A stretch of DNA of 64,000 bases. Source: Vicugna vicugna. Its lineage: Eukaryota. The notes beneath the pieces were generated by a model, which worked only from the letters and a program-made list of their open reading frames with translations, was not told where the DNA came from and did no database searches. Below, piece by piece: positions 13,640 through 25,964 of the stretch. The position numbers and the translations under genes are program-made. The stretch lies in NCBI GenBank assembly GCA_013265495.1, contig MU058714.1, forward strand, positions 496,001 to 560,000, written 5' to 3'. How positions within the stretch are numbered: position 1 is the stretch's first letter; each line of letters opens with the position of its first letter.

Positions 13640-14185
13640 CCAGGACAGACTAGAGCTGGCCAGCGCAGCGGCCCCATGCCACACAGGGCATCAAGCACTC
13701 GGAAACGTGGCGAATTAAAACTGAGCTGTGCTCTGGGGTAAAGCACGCACAGGAGTCCCAAGACTTAGTACAAAGATAGACTAGTTAAGCGTCACTCACC
13801 AACTCTTAACACTGGTCACATGTTGAAATGGTAATATTTTGGGTGCACTGGGTAATCACTCAAATTGATTTTACATGTCTCTTTTTTTACTTATTAAAAT
13901 GTAGCTGTTAGGCTGACGTAAATATCCCCTACTGATTTTTGGCAAAATGCAAAAGCACTTGTGCCCACCTTCATTTCCTGGTTTGGGATGTGTACCATGT
14001 ACATTTTAGGCAGGATGTAGCCATCCTGGGAGGTTGGGTGCATAGGGCCTCCCTATATTTTTTTATTTTTTTGCAACTTCCTGTGGCTCTATTGTTACTT
14101 CAAAATAAAGGTTTCAAAAGCGAGACTCCTAGAAAATTTTAACTCACACGTGTGGCTCTCATTATACTGCTACTGGGCAGTGCCG
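13640..14185 (-). mobile_element. MER33-like hAT-Charlie fossil interrupted by an old L1 3' fragment (about 13915-14120)
   Basis: Reverse-complement similarity to the element at 29838-30140; the internal segment ends with L1-type TTTTTGCAACTTCCTGTG...CAAAATAAAG. Confidence 0.6.
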
Positions 14186-14194
14186 GTTTAGACC

Positions 14195-15120
14195 CGAAGT
14201 AGGCACATTATGACCCGCTGTCTGTCTTTGCACAACCCATGAGCTAAGAATTTTTTTTAAGAGATTTTCTTTTAGAGCAGTTTTAGGTTTACATAAAATT
14301 TGAGCAGAAGGTACAGAGAGTTCCTAGAGGGGCGGCTGCCCCGCCGACAGCATTTCCCCTGTTTTTAACATCTTGCCTGGGGCACCTGTTACGGCAGATG
14401 AAGCAATATCCACGCATTATGGTGAACGGCTGAAGCCCACGGTTCACACTGGGGCTCCTGGTGGGGAACATCCTGCGGCTTTAACAAACGTGCAGTGACA
14501 CGTTCCAGTGCCGTCCAGGATGGGTGCCCTGTCCTGAACCCCCCCTCCCCTACTCCCTGGCAACCACGATCTGCTGCTGCTGCCTCTACGGCTGTGCCTG
14601 CCCCAGAAAGTCAGATAGTTGGAATCAGACAGTCTGTAGCCTTTCCGGACCGGCTTCTCTCACTTAGCAACACGCATTTACGCTTCCTCCATGTCTTCTC
14701 CTGTCTTGACAGCTCATTTCTTCTTAGCACCGAACAGACCCCTGTCGACATACACCAGTTTATTCCTCCATTCACCTCCTGAAGAACGAACACCCCAGCG
14801 TCTTCCACACCCTGGCATTTACGAGGGAAGCTGCACGAGCTCCTCGTGCCGCTTTGGGCAGCAAGGGTGGGCTTGGCCATTTTTACACGTTGAAAAAGTC
14901 GAAAGGAGGGGAGTACTTCCTGACACACGAGAATCATACAAAATTCAGAGAGTCCATAAATAAAGTTTTGCTGGACCCGAGCCACACTCACCCCGTCCAT
15001 GGTGCTAGCGGCCGCTTTCTCTCTAGGGGCAGAGTCAAGAAGCTACACACACTGTGTGACTCAGAAGCTGAAAATACCTACTATGTGCCCCTTTACAGGA
15101 AAGGTCTGCTGACCCTTGGG
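14195..15120 (+). mobile_element. MER58-like hAT fossil split by an antisense L1M fragment (about 14260-14800)
   Basis: AAATAAAGTTTTGCTGGA...CCCTTTACAGGAAAGGTCTGCTGACCC terminus; the insert begins TTTTAGAGCAGTTTTAGGTTTACA (L1M 3' end). Confidence 0.62.
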
Positions 15121-15264
15121 ATGGATAATTCCAACTCCTGTCTTTGAAAGGCCAGAGGAAGTAAACCAAAGTATAATAGCAACACTGGAGGCAAACAAGG
15201 GCCATAAAGACTCTCTTTATGCCTTTTCTCCCAAATTTCTAAGATGGACATATATCACTCTTCT

Positions 15265-15356
15265 GTCCTTTTTTCTTTTTAAGAGGAGGCACTGGGGACT
15301 GAACCCAGGGCCTCATGTTAAGCATGTGCTCTACCACTGAGCTACTTCCCTCCCCT
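15265..15356 (-). mobile_element. tRNA-derived SINE (camelid-type)
   Basis: Reverse complement carries Pol III A box (TAGCTCAGTGG) and B box (GGTTCAGTCCC) plus an A-rich tail. Confidence 0.85.
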
Positions 15357-15677
15357 TACTTTTGTCACTTTCAAAGCAAATTTCCACAGCATCTTTGCTC
15401 AGGGCCCCCAGGCCTCTCTGGGGCTCTTGAACAGACCCCGGGGGCTGACAGGGCTGGGCCAGGAGGGGTGGCCGACTGCCAGGTGACGATGGAAATGGGC
15501 CTCACAAGGGCCTGCTTTTGTCTGGATTCTTTTGCTTTTTGTTTTTGACAGAGTTGGTACCTCAGCCAGGAGCCCTTGTGCCGGGACCCTAGGCCTCCAC
15601 CTTCTCCCCCATGGGGTAAGAACAGCCCCGACCTTAGGCAACGTTTCAAGGGTTAAATGGCCAGTACTCACAAAGCA

Positions 15678-16071
15678 CGTGCGGGGTTGAACAGTGTCCC
15701 CCAGATTCACGTCCATCTAGAACTTTATTTGGAAACAGGGCCTTTACTGATGTAATTAGCTAAGGCTCCCGAGATGAGCTCATCCTGGATTGAGAGTGGG
15801 CCCTAAGTCCAAGGACTGGGGTCCTTACAGGAAGAGGCGAAGCCAGGTGACAGAAGAGGCAGACACTGGAGGGAGGTGTCCCTAAGGAACAGCGGGGGCC
15901 CCAGGAGCTGGAAAAGGCAGGAGCATCCTCCCTGGGCCTTCAGAGGGGGCCCGGCTCTGCCGACACCCTGATTTGGGGTTCTGGCCTCCGGAACTGTGAG
16001 AATCCACCTCCGTTGTTCTAAGCTGCCCGGTTTGCGGTCCTTTGTTTTGGCGGCTCCGGGAAGTTAACACA
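15678..16071 (+). mobile_element. MaLR (MLT1-type) solo LTR inserted in a MIR, 5-bp TSD AAGCA
   Basis: GGGTTGAACAGTGTCCCCC...TTATTTGGAAACAGGG...CTGGCCTCCGGAACTGTGAG...TAACACA; AAGCA at 15673-15677 and 16072-16076. Confidence 0.82.
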
Positions 16072-18059
16072 AAGCACTTAGAATCAGGCTGGCACGCTGG
16101 TAGGTGCTATAAAAGTGCCACCTTCATTTTTATCATCCCGGTAAACTCTGCACTGAGCCCTCTGTGGAGCGCTTTCAGTCACAGCATCACTTTGTCCTCA
16201 TAATGGCCCCATTTAACAGATGAGGAAACTGAGGCACAGAGAGATCAAACACCTTGCCAAGCTCATGCCCCAGGGATCACTGCAGGGCTTGGTTCACATC
16301 TGGACATCTGACTGTGGAGCTCGCCTGGTCCAGCCGGCCTGCCCCATCCCGCCCCAGACAGTGTGTCTGAGCCAAACAGCCGCCCTGAGTCTCACATCAA
16401 AGGACTGGGCACTGTCGAGACCCAGCCTGAATTCCCTGGCAGCCCCTCCAAGCTCCTGGAGCCAGTGGCAGCCGCCTGCCAACGCACTTCCAGAGCCGTG
16501 GGGCAGACGGCAAAGGGCCCTCAGCCCCAGGCAGTGCCTGGCTTCCTCCCCTGGCAGGGAGGCTCCCGGGCTGTTTCCAGCCTGGAGGCTGTGGACCGGT
16601 CCAAGGGCTGAGTTCTGCCAGCTGCCCTTCTCGGAGTGGCTTCCTTCGGACCCCTGGTATCAGCCACCCCCCAGGCACAGGGGAGCGGCGGGTGACCACC
16701 ACCTTGACTAGGGGGGGTGGCGGGCGGGCGGCAGAGTAGGCAGGCGGGGGGCGTGGAGGCAGAGATGCCGGCACAGAGCCTGCCGAGTGCTACAGAAACA
16801 CAAGACAAGATTTGTCTTCACGACACACAGAACAGATTGCAGGGTGTCGGGAGATGGGATGTTTTAAAGAAATAAATCTCAGCTCCCGGTTACAGAAGCA
16901 CAAACAAACCCAAACAACAGATCTTTGGAAGCCGCCAGCTTCCCCGCTGCCAGGCTGCCGCTGGGGGCCCCGAAGGGCTGAGGGTGGGTGTTCCCGGAGC
17001 ATCCTCAGGGCACCCGCAGCACCTGGGCTGGCCCACAGCCGGGCTCAGGGGTATCTTACTGAAATTTTGGGGGGCAGGGGGTGCACCTCGCCAGCACTGG
17101 GCCATCCCATCTCTCAACAACTCCTGGCGACTCCACTCCTCTCTCTCCAGAACCCATTCATGCCTCAGTGCTCCATCCCACGGCTGTCCTGGGCGGTGGC
17201 AGCCCCCTGGCCCCTCCCGATGGGCCCCCTCCTCGCCTTCCTAGGGCCCGTCCTCTGCCCCCCTCTTCTCGGCCCCACCCCTGCTCCCCACTTCCAGGAG
17301 AGCGCTCTGGATGGGAAAGCGAGAAGGGCGTCCCCCTCATCCGTACCACACTCCTGCAGGTTCTGTCCTCTCCCGTTTCGGGTTGGACCTCTCACTCCCG
17401 CTGGCTCGCCCACCTGCCCTGAGATGCTTGGACAGAAAAGGAGCGGCAAGGCTATTTATGAAAACCGCCCAAAGCGACCAAGAATCTCACGGTACAGTCT
17501 GCCCCTCACCGCGCTTCAGGCGACCCTGGACGACACCCTCCGGGCCCCTCGTGGCAGCCCCGCGGCAACGACACTCAGCACCTGGACCTGGCCCACTGAG
17601 CTCACTGGCTCCAGGTCCTGCTCCGCGGCTGGATTCTCCCCAGAGCCGGGTGGGGCGAGCAGGGCCAGTTACACCAGCGATGACGAGAAGGTATGAATAA
17701 TTCAGCCTTTACCGCCGATACTCTGGTGTCATCCAGCCTTCTCCTCCTAAAGGCAAAAAGCACTTAAGATGCCATTTATTTCAGCCCGGCTCCCTCTGTC
17801 CCTCTGTCCCTCTGCAGGTGGGCGCTGGCATGCTGTCACGGTAACTGCCCTCGGGCCTGGCTCCTCACTGGCTTCTGCCTGTGACCCCTCCTGCCACCCA
17901 CCCCCCAGGAAACTAGCCCCTGCGTGGGGGCTGGGGGCACCTGTTCACTCATTCTGGTCTTTTCCCCTTTTCCTCTTGACAGAGCGTTCTGAGGGGCTAC
18001 TCTGCCAGGAGGACAACTACACCCTCCATCCCCCTCCTGGCCCTGTGGGGCCAGCACGT

Positions 18060-18169
18060 GTGCCCTCACCACCCGTGCCCTCGCCACCTGTGCCCTCACC
18101 ACCCGTGCCCTCGCCACCTGTGCCCTCACCACTCGCGCCCTCACCACGTGTGCCCTGACCACCCATGCC
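18060..18169. repeat. 15-bp minisatellite, about 7.3 copies of GTGCCCTCRCCACCY
   Basis: Units start at 18060, 18075, 18090, 18105, 18120, 18135 and 18150; the first four alternate between two variants (30-bp higher-order period). Confidence 0.95.
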
Positions 18170-20324
18170 GACTGAAACTCACACTTGTTGAAGGGGAATA
18201 AACTTAAAGTCCAGTTGCTCAGTTGCCAAAGCCACACGTCCAGGGTTCCATAGCCACATGTGGCTAGCAGCTACTGGACTGGACAGCCCTCATGACCACA
18301 GAAAGTTCTATAGCGCAGCGCTGGTCCAGACAACCAGTAAGTCTCACGGAAATGCAACAGTGCAAGGCAGCATACACCAAATGCCACACAAACGAGAGGC
18401 CAGGAAAAGTGGCAGGAGCTCTGCAGGGCGAGTGGGGGCCACAGAGGAGACCCACAGAGGAGACCCAGTCGGCTGGGGTCTCAACACTAGGGGGACAGTG
18501 CTCTACCTGGAGGGCAGCCAGGAAGGGGAAGTCTGCTGGGACCCACCGGCCGAAACGCAGTGAGCAAGGTTAAGGAGGAGAAGGAAGTCGGGAGGCAGCT
18601 GCACATCCCAGCGGGCCTCCGAGGGCCAGTGCTCCGTGCCACCCCCACGGCCGAGCCTGGCTCTCCTGGACCTGAGTCGGGGCTGGCCGGACCACTGCAC
18701 CAGGGACGCCACGGCGAGAGGCCCCATGTCGAAAGGCACCCAGCCCGTCCTGTAACCTGAATGCCACCCTTCCCTTGGGACAGCTGCCCTGAACAAACAC
18801 CAGTAATGACAAGAGGATGGAGGGAATAAGAGGAGAACTCGCACACGTTTACCCTGGGGGGTGGGAGCACCGATGACGACGACTCTGGGGACAAGGGTGG
18901 CTGGCCGGTGGCATCAGCTTCACTGGGAGGCCCTCACACAGGCCTGGGGGCTTGTTAATGTCTCATTAACAAGCATGCAAGACAGCAGACGAGGGTGAGC
19001 TATGCAGGGGTTTAACTGGCTATTTTCAAAACTTGTTGTCATCATAAGATTAATAGAATTACAGTGTGACATTTCTGAAACGTGAGAAAAGAAAAAAAAT
19101 GACACGTAAGCACACTGTCCTAACATATTGGCAAGCTTCCTTTCAGCCGTGCTGCCAGTCCGGTAGTCACACGTGCCCCTTATACTTACCTCCATCAATG
19201 TTATGTAAAATTAAAAATTCATCACCGGAGCCACTAGCCACCTTTCAAGTGTTCCCTAGCCGAGTGAGGCAGTGTCACTCCCTCGAAGGCACAGATCTAG
19301 AAAGTTCCACTGAGCTCGGGTAGACTCACTCATGCTCCAGGCCTTCCCATGGACGTCAATCAAAACGTGCACGTCACTTGCTACCTGCTTTGTTTCTGAT
19401 ACACATGAACTTCCATGCTGCAGCAGAGCCTCTACAAGTACTGCACATTCTTCCGTCTGGTAATTCCAAGGTCCTGAGCCTTCTGGGGAGTCGGAGGGCG
19501 CCCCCTCCTCAGGAAAATGCACACCCATCACCACTCATGTAGCAAGTAGCGTCGACCTCAGGAGGCTCTCGGGCCCCCATTAGATCCCTTGGATCTGGAA
19601 GATGAATCGTAATGGATGAATCCTCTAGATTCTTCTTTTTCCTCCATGATAAAGAATAGAATGATGAACATCTTCATGCAAATGTGCTTAATGTCTCTGT
19701 AATTTAGATTCTTTCTTAGGACGAGCTCTGGAAGAGCCCTTTTGATTTGGGGAGGAGGAGCTGTGTTTCATACATGGGGGAAGCTGCACACTTCCCCAAG
19801 GCGGGGGGCAACTGACATGTCATATGGGGGTTAGGTGACACCCTCACTCAACTGGCCCTTGAGACTGGACTGGGTACCTTTCTGGACAGAAATTAATGAC
19901 AGGCTGGCCACTGATCTTGCCTGCTGGTCATCCTCACCTTCATCGCAGTCCAAAGCTTTGATTTCTGACCCCACGGAAGGCATGGGACTAAGAGAACCAC
20001 AGACCCTCACTCCTGCTCCTAGAACTCAGACCTCAGTGAGACCAGGGTCCGTGATGGCGAGTCAGTGGCACAGCTCTCCTTGTCCATCCATCTCCCAATA
20101 GGACTCGGACATTCATAAGGTCAAGGGTTTCCAGCCATCACTGCTGGGGCTGGGGTGGCCATGGCAGGTGGCCTTACCATCCAGGGATGAGTCCGTGCCT
20201 GGCCACACCCCACAGGTAGCACACAAAGGGGCACTGCCGTTCTAACCACTCGGCCCTCTGTGAGCCGCCTGCCACATGACGAAATGCCTGGGGGACTGCG
20301 GGGCGGCGGCGGGGGGGGGGCTGC

Positions 20325-20345
20325 NNNNNNNNNNNNNNNNNNNNN
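20325..20345. other. Assembly gap (21 N) flanked by G/C homopolymers
   Basis: N run with G10 before it and C13 and G17 runs after it. Confidence 0.99.
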
Positions 20346-22139
20346 GGGCCCCCCCCCCCCCGGAGGAAAGGCCTGGGGGCCTGGGGCCCGGGGGGGGGGG
20401 GGGGGGCTGCTCTTCCTCCTCTCCCATTCCAGCCACGAGCTCAGCCTCCACATGTAGTTCTTCGGTTCTGCCACCAGAGGGATCCCGCGAGCCTGCCTGC
20501 CTGCTCCCCTCCTGGGGACCAATTCCGAGTTAAATTAGGAGCCTCCGCCTGCAGCCGCTACGGCCACATTCAAATCCGAAGACAAGCTCCCTGCGGGGTG
20601 TCTGGTCCAGTGGATGCCGGCACTTCGGGACCTCGCCCCAGACTCCCTCTGCCCGAAGCGCAAGGCCCACGCCCCTCGCCCTGTGGTCCCAGCCACACTG
20701 GGAGTCCCCTGGGGAGTTCAGACACTGCCCATGCCAGGCCCCAGCCCAGCCATTCTGGTTCAGTCAGTCTGGGTGCGGCCAGGGCACAGGAGCCTTCAGA
20801 GCTGCCTGGGGCATCCTCACTTTTCACCAGGCTGGGAACGCCAGCGTCCAGTACAACTGACCATTTAGTCCAGCTGTCCAGGCCCACCACCGGGCGGGTG
20901 CTGCAGCGGGTGGGAGGGAGCAGGGGAGCTCCCGCTTTGCTTCCAGGGGCTCGGCTGTGGTGGGGACACAAAACTGCAACTCAGCTCCAAGAGAAAGAAG
21001 CAAGCAAATGTGCACTATAGGATCCCAGGACCCACCCAGCCCCTTTCAGAATCCATGTCTGCTTCTCTTTCTTTTTAAGCTCCCAGCCACCTGTCAAGCA
21101 CGGCAGGGTAGGGAACCAGGGGGTGTCCATGTAATGCCTCTCATGTGTCCTGAAACAGGTTATTTCCACATCAGCCCCCAACAGAAGCACACGCTCCCAG
21201 GGGTCAGGAGGGACCCCATCCCATCTTGCCCCAGCCCAAAGCCTTGGCTGAGCTGGACTGATGGGGCTGGAAGAGTAAGCAATATGGAATTGCCGGGGCT
21301 CCATGGCTAGGGAGGGACTTCCCTGATGACACCGCAGTCTTCCGAGCGCGCCCAGGAGCTGCCGCACTGTCTGTTAGGCAGCTCTACGCAGACACACGAC
21401 CCCTAAACCACACTGGGTGGAGCAGGGAGCTGAAGGTAAAACTAGGGCTCCCAAAGCATGACCACAGGAGGGACTCATGACGGGGCGGCCAAACTCCCAC
21501 ACCTGACAGACGCCGCCCAGCTCTGCTCAGAAGTCTGCACACAATACAGAGTAATGCTCCCAAATCCACCCTCAGGGGGAAATCGTTGGGAATATTAGCC
21601 AACCATAAAAATGAACGAAGTCCTGACACATTTGGACGGGCCTCGAGAACATTATGCTCGGTGAAGGGAGCCAGACACAAAAGGACACAAGTTTCAAGAT
21701 CCCACTGGTGTGAAATGTCCAGAATAGGCAAATTCATAGAGACGAAAGTGGGTTTGTGGTTTCAGGGGCTGAGGGAGGAGGATGGGGAGGGGCCGGCAAC
21801 GTGGCACCACTAGGGGGAGCTCTGACTGCGCCCCGCCAGCAGCGGGACCCAGGGGAGGCCTTGAGTTTCCTTCCCAGCCTGATTCCCTGATCAGAAAAAA
21901 ACACAAGGCTCAGTGAACCGCATCGGGCACTGGAGTCCTCGGACACAGCTGACCGCTTTCCTTACACACGCCCTCCAGTCCTTGAGACAAATGTCAGCTC
22001 ACCCTCGGGCTTCAATGGACCATACCTACGAAAACAGGAAAGAATCCATCTCAGATTCCTTCCCACTGGAGCCAGCAAAGCGTCCCGCATTCCTCTGCCC
22101 GCTCCTTGTCTCCCGGGCTTGTATCGGTGTCGGGTCTCA

Positions 22140-22420
22140 TATAGACCCAGCTGGGCTCAAATCTGGCTCAACTCCCATACAGGCTGGGTGACCTCCAGCA
22201 AGTTCCTTAACCTCTCTGAGCCTCGCTTTCCCATTCTATACACAGGGGTTATGTTAGGACCCACCTCACAGGGTGTGGGTGGTTGTGAGCATAAAGATAA
22301 GTAATCCATGGCACACACACCCAGTGTCCAGGCAAAGCTGGGACCACGCCCGCTCACATCACAAGCTCAGTGATCGTGCGCTGACGCCAGTGCTTACTGT
22401 CATCATCGTCACCACTGTTA
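22140..22420. mobile_element. MIR SINE (other MIR-like pieces at about 16150-16330, 39150-39350, 39770-39940, 48320-48470, 49950-50100)
   Basis: GCTGGGTGACCTCCAGCAAGTTCCTTAACCTCTCTGAGCCTC...CCCACCTCACAGGGT core; reverse copies show ACAGATGAGGAAACTGAGGCACAGAGA. Confidence 0.75.
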
Positions 22421-23292
22421 GCCTGGAAGTCTAACGAGAGCAAAGACCACAGCAGAGCATGGGAAGGGGCTGCAGAAGTCAGAGGTGGCCCATCCCACAC
22501 CTGCTTGGCTGCTCTGGGCTATCGCAAGCCCATGGTTCATGAGCCCTGCGCACACCCACCTCTGTGAGGCCTTGAGGACCCCTAACAACACCGCATGGTG
22601 GCTAACAAGGCATTGTGACAACCCTCCCCCATTGGAGGGTGCAGGTATCACTGCTGCCCCTCCTGGCCCCTGCGTGTGTGGCCTGGGCCCACGAGCCCAC
22701 CGTGTCCGGGCATCTGGCTCCCCTGGGCTCTCGGGCTGCAGAGTAAATGCTGCCATCTCCCCTGAGGCTGTGCTCCAGCCTCATGCAGCTTGCAGGTGTG
22801 AGAGGTTGCAAGGCTCGGGACCCCTTGGGCGGGATGGGCCACGTGCCTGGCTTGGCCACAGGCAGAGCACAGAGCCTGCTGGAGACCAGGCCTCCCTCAC
22901 AAGCCCTCTCCTGTCACCCAGGCCTCCCAAGCCTGCCCGGGGGTTGTGGCCAACCACCTCCTGCCCGCCCAGCGCACAAGACGCCAGGACTCCCGGGGGC
23001 CTGGCCCTGGGGGGTTTGGTCTGGGTTATGCCAAGGTCAGACCTGGTGGGGACTGCTCGGTCCTAGGGAAGGGAAGGGAAGGAGGCGGGAACCCCCAGCC
23101 CCCCACCCCAGGCTGCACGTCCAGCACAGTCCCCGAGGGTGGCGTGAAGTCAGGGACAGCGTGCGGAGGCTCTGACACGGGGAGAGCCGGGCACCTGCGG
23201 GATGGGACGCCTGTCCTCAGCGCTCAGTGAGCAGAGCAGGGCCACGTGCATGGCTTGCGGCCCCAGAGAAGAGGGTCGGAGCAGGAACTCAC

Positions 23293-23890
23293 CCACTCTC
23301 GCTCTCCAGGAACACGGAGCTGCTGCTCTCCGCCAGCGCCGTGCTGATGGGCGAGAGGCAGAAGGGCGAAGAGAAGGCCTCCGAGTCCGAGTCGAAGGAG
23401 CTGGCCCTGCTCACGCCCTCGGCTGACAGCTCCAAGGAGCCCTCCTCCTCGCCAGCCTCCGGCCGCGACTCCCGGCCCTCTTCCGTCCCGTCCTGCGAAC
23501 TGACCGCCGACAAGATTCCCGAGTCGCTGTGGGCTGGCTGCGAGGCCGGGAGCAGGCCGTCCACCCCCAGGCCCGGGGCCAGCTTCTCCCCGTCCTCGGG
23601 CGAGGGGCTGATGTGCCCCGGGTCCCGGATGCTCTGGGCCGCCACCAGGATGTCCTCGTCTCTGGGGGTCAGGGTGGACCTGGGCTCCGTGGGGGACGGC
23701 TGGTGGGGGGCCCCTGAGCTGAGGGTGCGCCGGCCCCGGGGGCGGGGAGCCTTGCGCACCGGGGAGCTCTCTGGGGTGATGTAGCGCAGCGCCTCCTCGT
23801 CCTGCTTCTGGATCCGGGAGTTGGGGACCCACGCGAGGATGAGGGTGGCCCCCAGAAGCTCATCCTTCTCCATGTACAAGCACAGGTAGC
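23293..23890 (-). CDS. TBC1D16: TBC1D16 exon 3 (598 nt)
   Basis: Acceptor CCCCTCACAG| at 23890. The phase-1 join gives G-YLCLYMEKDELLGATLILAWVPNSRIQKQDEEALRYITPESSPVRKAPRPRGRR...SSPFCLSPISTALAESSSSVFLESES. Donor GG|GTGAGT follows 23293 (phase 2). Downstream exons, including the TBC domain, were not found in the window. Confidence 0.96.
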
Positions 23891-25335
23891 CTGTGAGGGG
23901 TCAGGAGGACAGGGGGTTAGAGGGTCCTGCCGGCCGTGCCTCTGGCTGGTTTCTCACAGGCGCCACAGCTTAGTAAAAGTGTGGGGGTGTGCAGACCAGC
24001 CGGGCTCCAGACACAAGAAAACACCCGAGGGACACAGCTGATCATGGGATGGATGAAAGCTGTGGGCGCTTTCTAAGCACACACACAGCAGATCCAAGGG
24101 GCCTGGGCCCTCACGCAGCATCCTGCCCTGTGCTCTCCCTCCTGCTCTCGCTCGGAGCCCCACCCTGTCCACCGACTGGGGGCCCCGGAGCTTCCGCACC
24201 ACCACCAGCCGCCCCGTCTGGGTGAGCTCGGGCAGCCGGGGGGAGCGCAGGGGCCCGGGAGCCCCGCGGCGTCACGGCCTCCCCGCAGTCTCAGGAGCGA
24301 CGCAGCCTATGGATTTGACTGCTAAGTCAGAACAGGAGTCAGCCTAAGATGAGTGGCGTTTGGGCCTTTTCCAGTTGGCTGTATCTTCCTAGCATTTCTT
24401 CTCTAACACTGCTTTTTGGAAGAAGGGGCCGTTTCGATGTCACCCCTGGACTGCTGACAAAGACGAGGAGCCGCAGGCTCCAGGGCCGCAGTGTGAGAGG
24501 GCCCTCCCGGCCCCCGAATGCTCAGGCTGGGGGAGGGCGGCCTTTCTCCTGCAGCACCATTTCAGGATGTCCTGACGCCTGGGCCTACTGCACCAAGTTC
24601 CCAGGCCTCCTGGTCTCTGTTCTGAGAACCCCCAGGGCCGAAGTGGGGCCCCTGCATGCCCCAGGGCTCGTCCTCGACCCTGAGTCCTTGGTACAGCTCC
24701 TACTACCAAGATGAGGAGAATGCAGGGGCTGTCAGCCAGCTGTGCAGAAGGGCAACGTTTGGCTGAGGCCAAGGGTCTCACACCCTCTCATCACACGGTT
24801 TTCGGTCGGGAAGAGAGCCTGAGACCTCTGCCCTCTTTCCCTCATCTTTCCTCACAGCAGGATGACACCAGAAGCCCTCCAAAATCTGCTGCTGCTCTTT
24901 TGTTTATGCCCGGAACACGTAACTCCCTCAGACCCTAGACTAGAAGCTCTGCCCCCAGCCCCTCGAGTCCTCGGAGTTGGCCCTGAGTTAGGCTCCACAG
25001 GGTCACGGTGACACGCTACCCGGAAAATGGACCCCCTTCCAGAGCACCCTCCGGGGACCAGGACCCTGGAATCTCCTGCCACACAGTCCAGTCTGCTTCC
25101 AGCGCCTGCTCGGGGCTTCCAACCTGAGCTGTAAGTGGGGGCCGTGGACGGAGCTGGGGTGCCACAGCAGAATGCCTGGGGCCCCTGTAGTGCAGGGAAG
25201 AGCCGAGGCTGGAAGCTGGCTCTCCTGCTTCGGAACCTGGAGGGGCCAATGATTCTAAATCTGCACCTAACTGTCCGGGCGACTGTAAAGATACCAAGGC
25301 AAAAGGATAGAATGCTTTTCAAAGAGCTCGTTAGT

Positions 25336-25424
25336 GGGTGGGGAAGTAGCTCAGTGGTAATGTGTGTGCTTAGCATGCAGGAGGTCCTGGGTTCAATCCC
25401 CAATACTATTGAAGGGGAAAAAAA
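25336..25424 (+). mobile_element. tRNA-derived SINE (camelid-type)
   Basis: GGGGAAGTAGCTCAGTGGTA...CTTAGCATGCAGGAGGTCCTGGGTTCAATCCCCA followed by an A-rich end. Confidence 0.85.
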
Positions 25425-25964
25425 TGGTATCAAAAAGCATACAGCCCAAGAGTGGGCTGGTGATGTGTTGAAGATAATAAAAATTGCTATTTAAAAAAGT
25501 TTATTAGCATGACTTAAACACCTTGTCTTTTTAAATTAATTTATTTAATGTTTTGTTGACATAAAATTTGCATGCAGTGAAGTGCCCAGATCTGACTGTA
25601 ATCCATAACTTTTAAATGTACTGACGTCTGGCGTGGGGCCTCTGTCTGGACTCGGGCGGGCCGCAGCTGGGCTGCAGGTGCGCTGGGACTGGGGACCCAG
25701 AAGCACTCTTCAGCAGCCTGGGGAGGCCATGGGAAGAGTCCAGGGTCCTCACCCCACCTCCACCCCGGGCTGGGGTTGGGGAGCTTCTCTGACCACAGGC
25801 TTCCTGGGCCAAAAGAGAGGCCTGCCCAGGCTCTGGCTACTCTCATGAGGTTGTCATGCAAATTAAATAAAGTAATACATTTATTTATTGCAGGTCATTT
25901 GCAGAATAACAAAGGAACACACAGGCTTTGGGTATCACTAATCCGTCTTTTGTTTTTTAACCAA

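Noticed and set aside
18060..18169. CRISPR-like array or extensin-like VPSPP protein
   Set aside because: Head-to-tail tandem repeat with no spacers in a mammalian intron; the peptide repeat follows from the 15-bp unit.
1..23292. Many 60-250 aa ORFs in TBC1D16 intron 3 as novel genes or further TBC1D16 exons
   Set aside because: Pro/Gly/Arg/Ala-rich translations are expected from GC-rich DNA. I found no recognisable domain, no TBC1D16 exon-4 peptide and no consistent exon chain.
23224..23832. Long alternative-frame and antisense ORFs over TBC1D16 exon 3
   Set aside because: Shadows of a GC-rich coding exon; no independent evidence.
25336..25410. tRNA gene
   Set aside because: A/B boxes are present, but it is a degenerate, multi-copy, A-tailed tRNA-derived SINE, not a functional tRNA.
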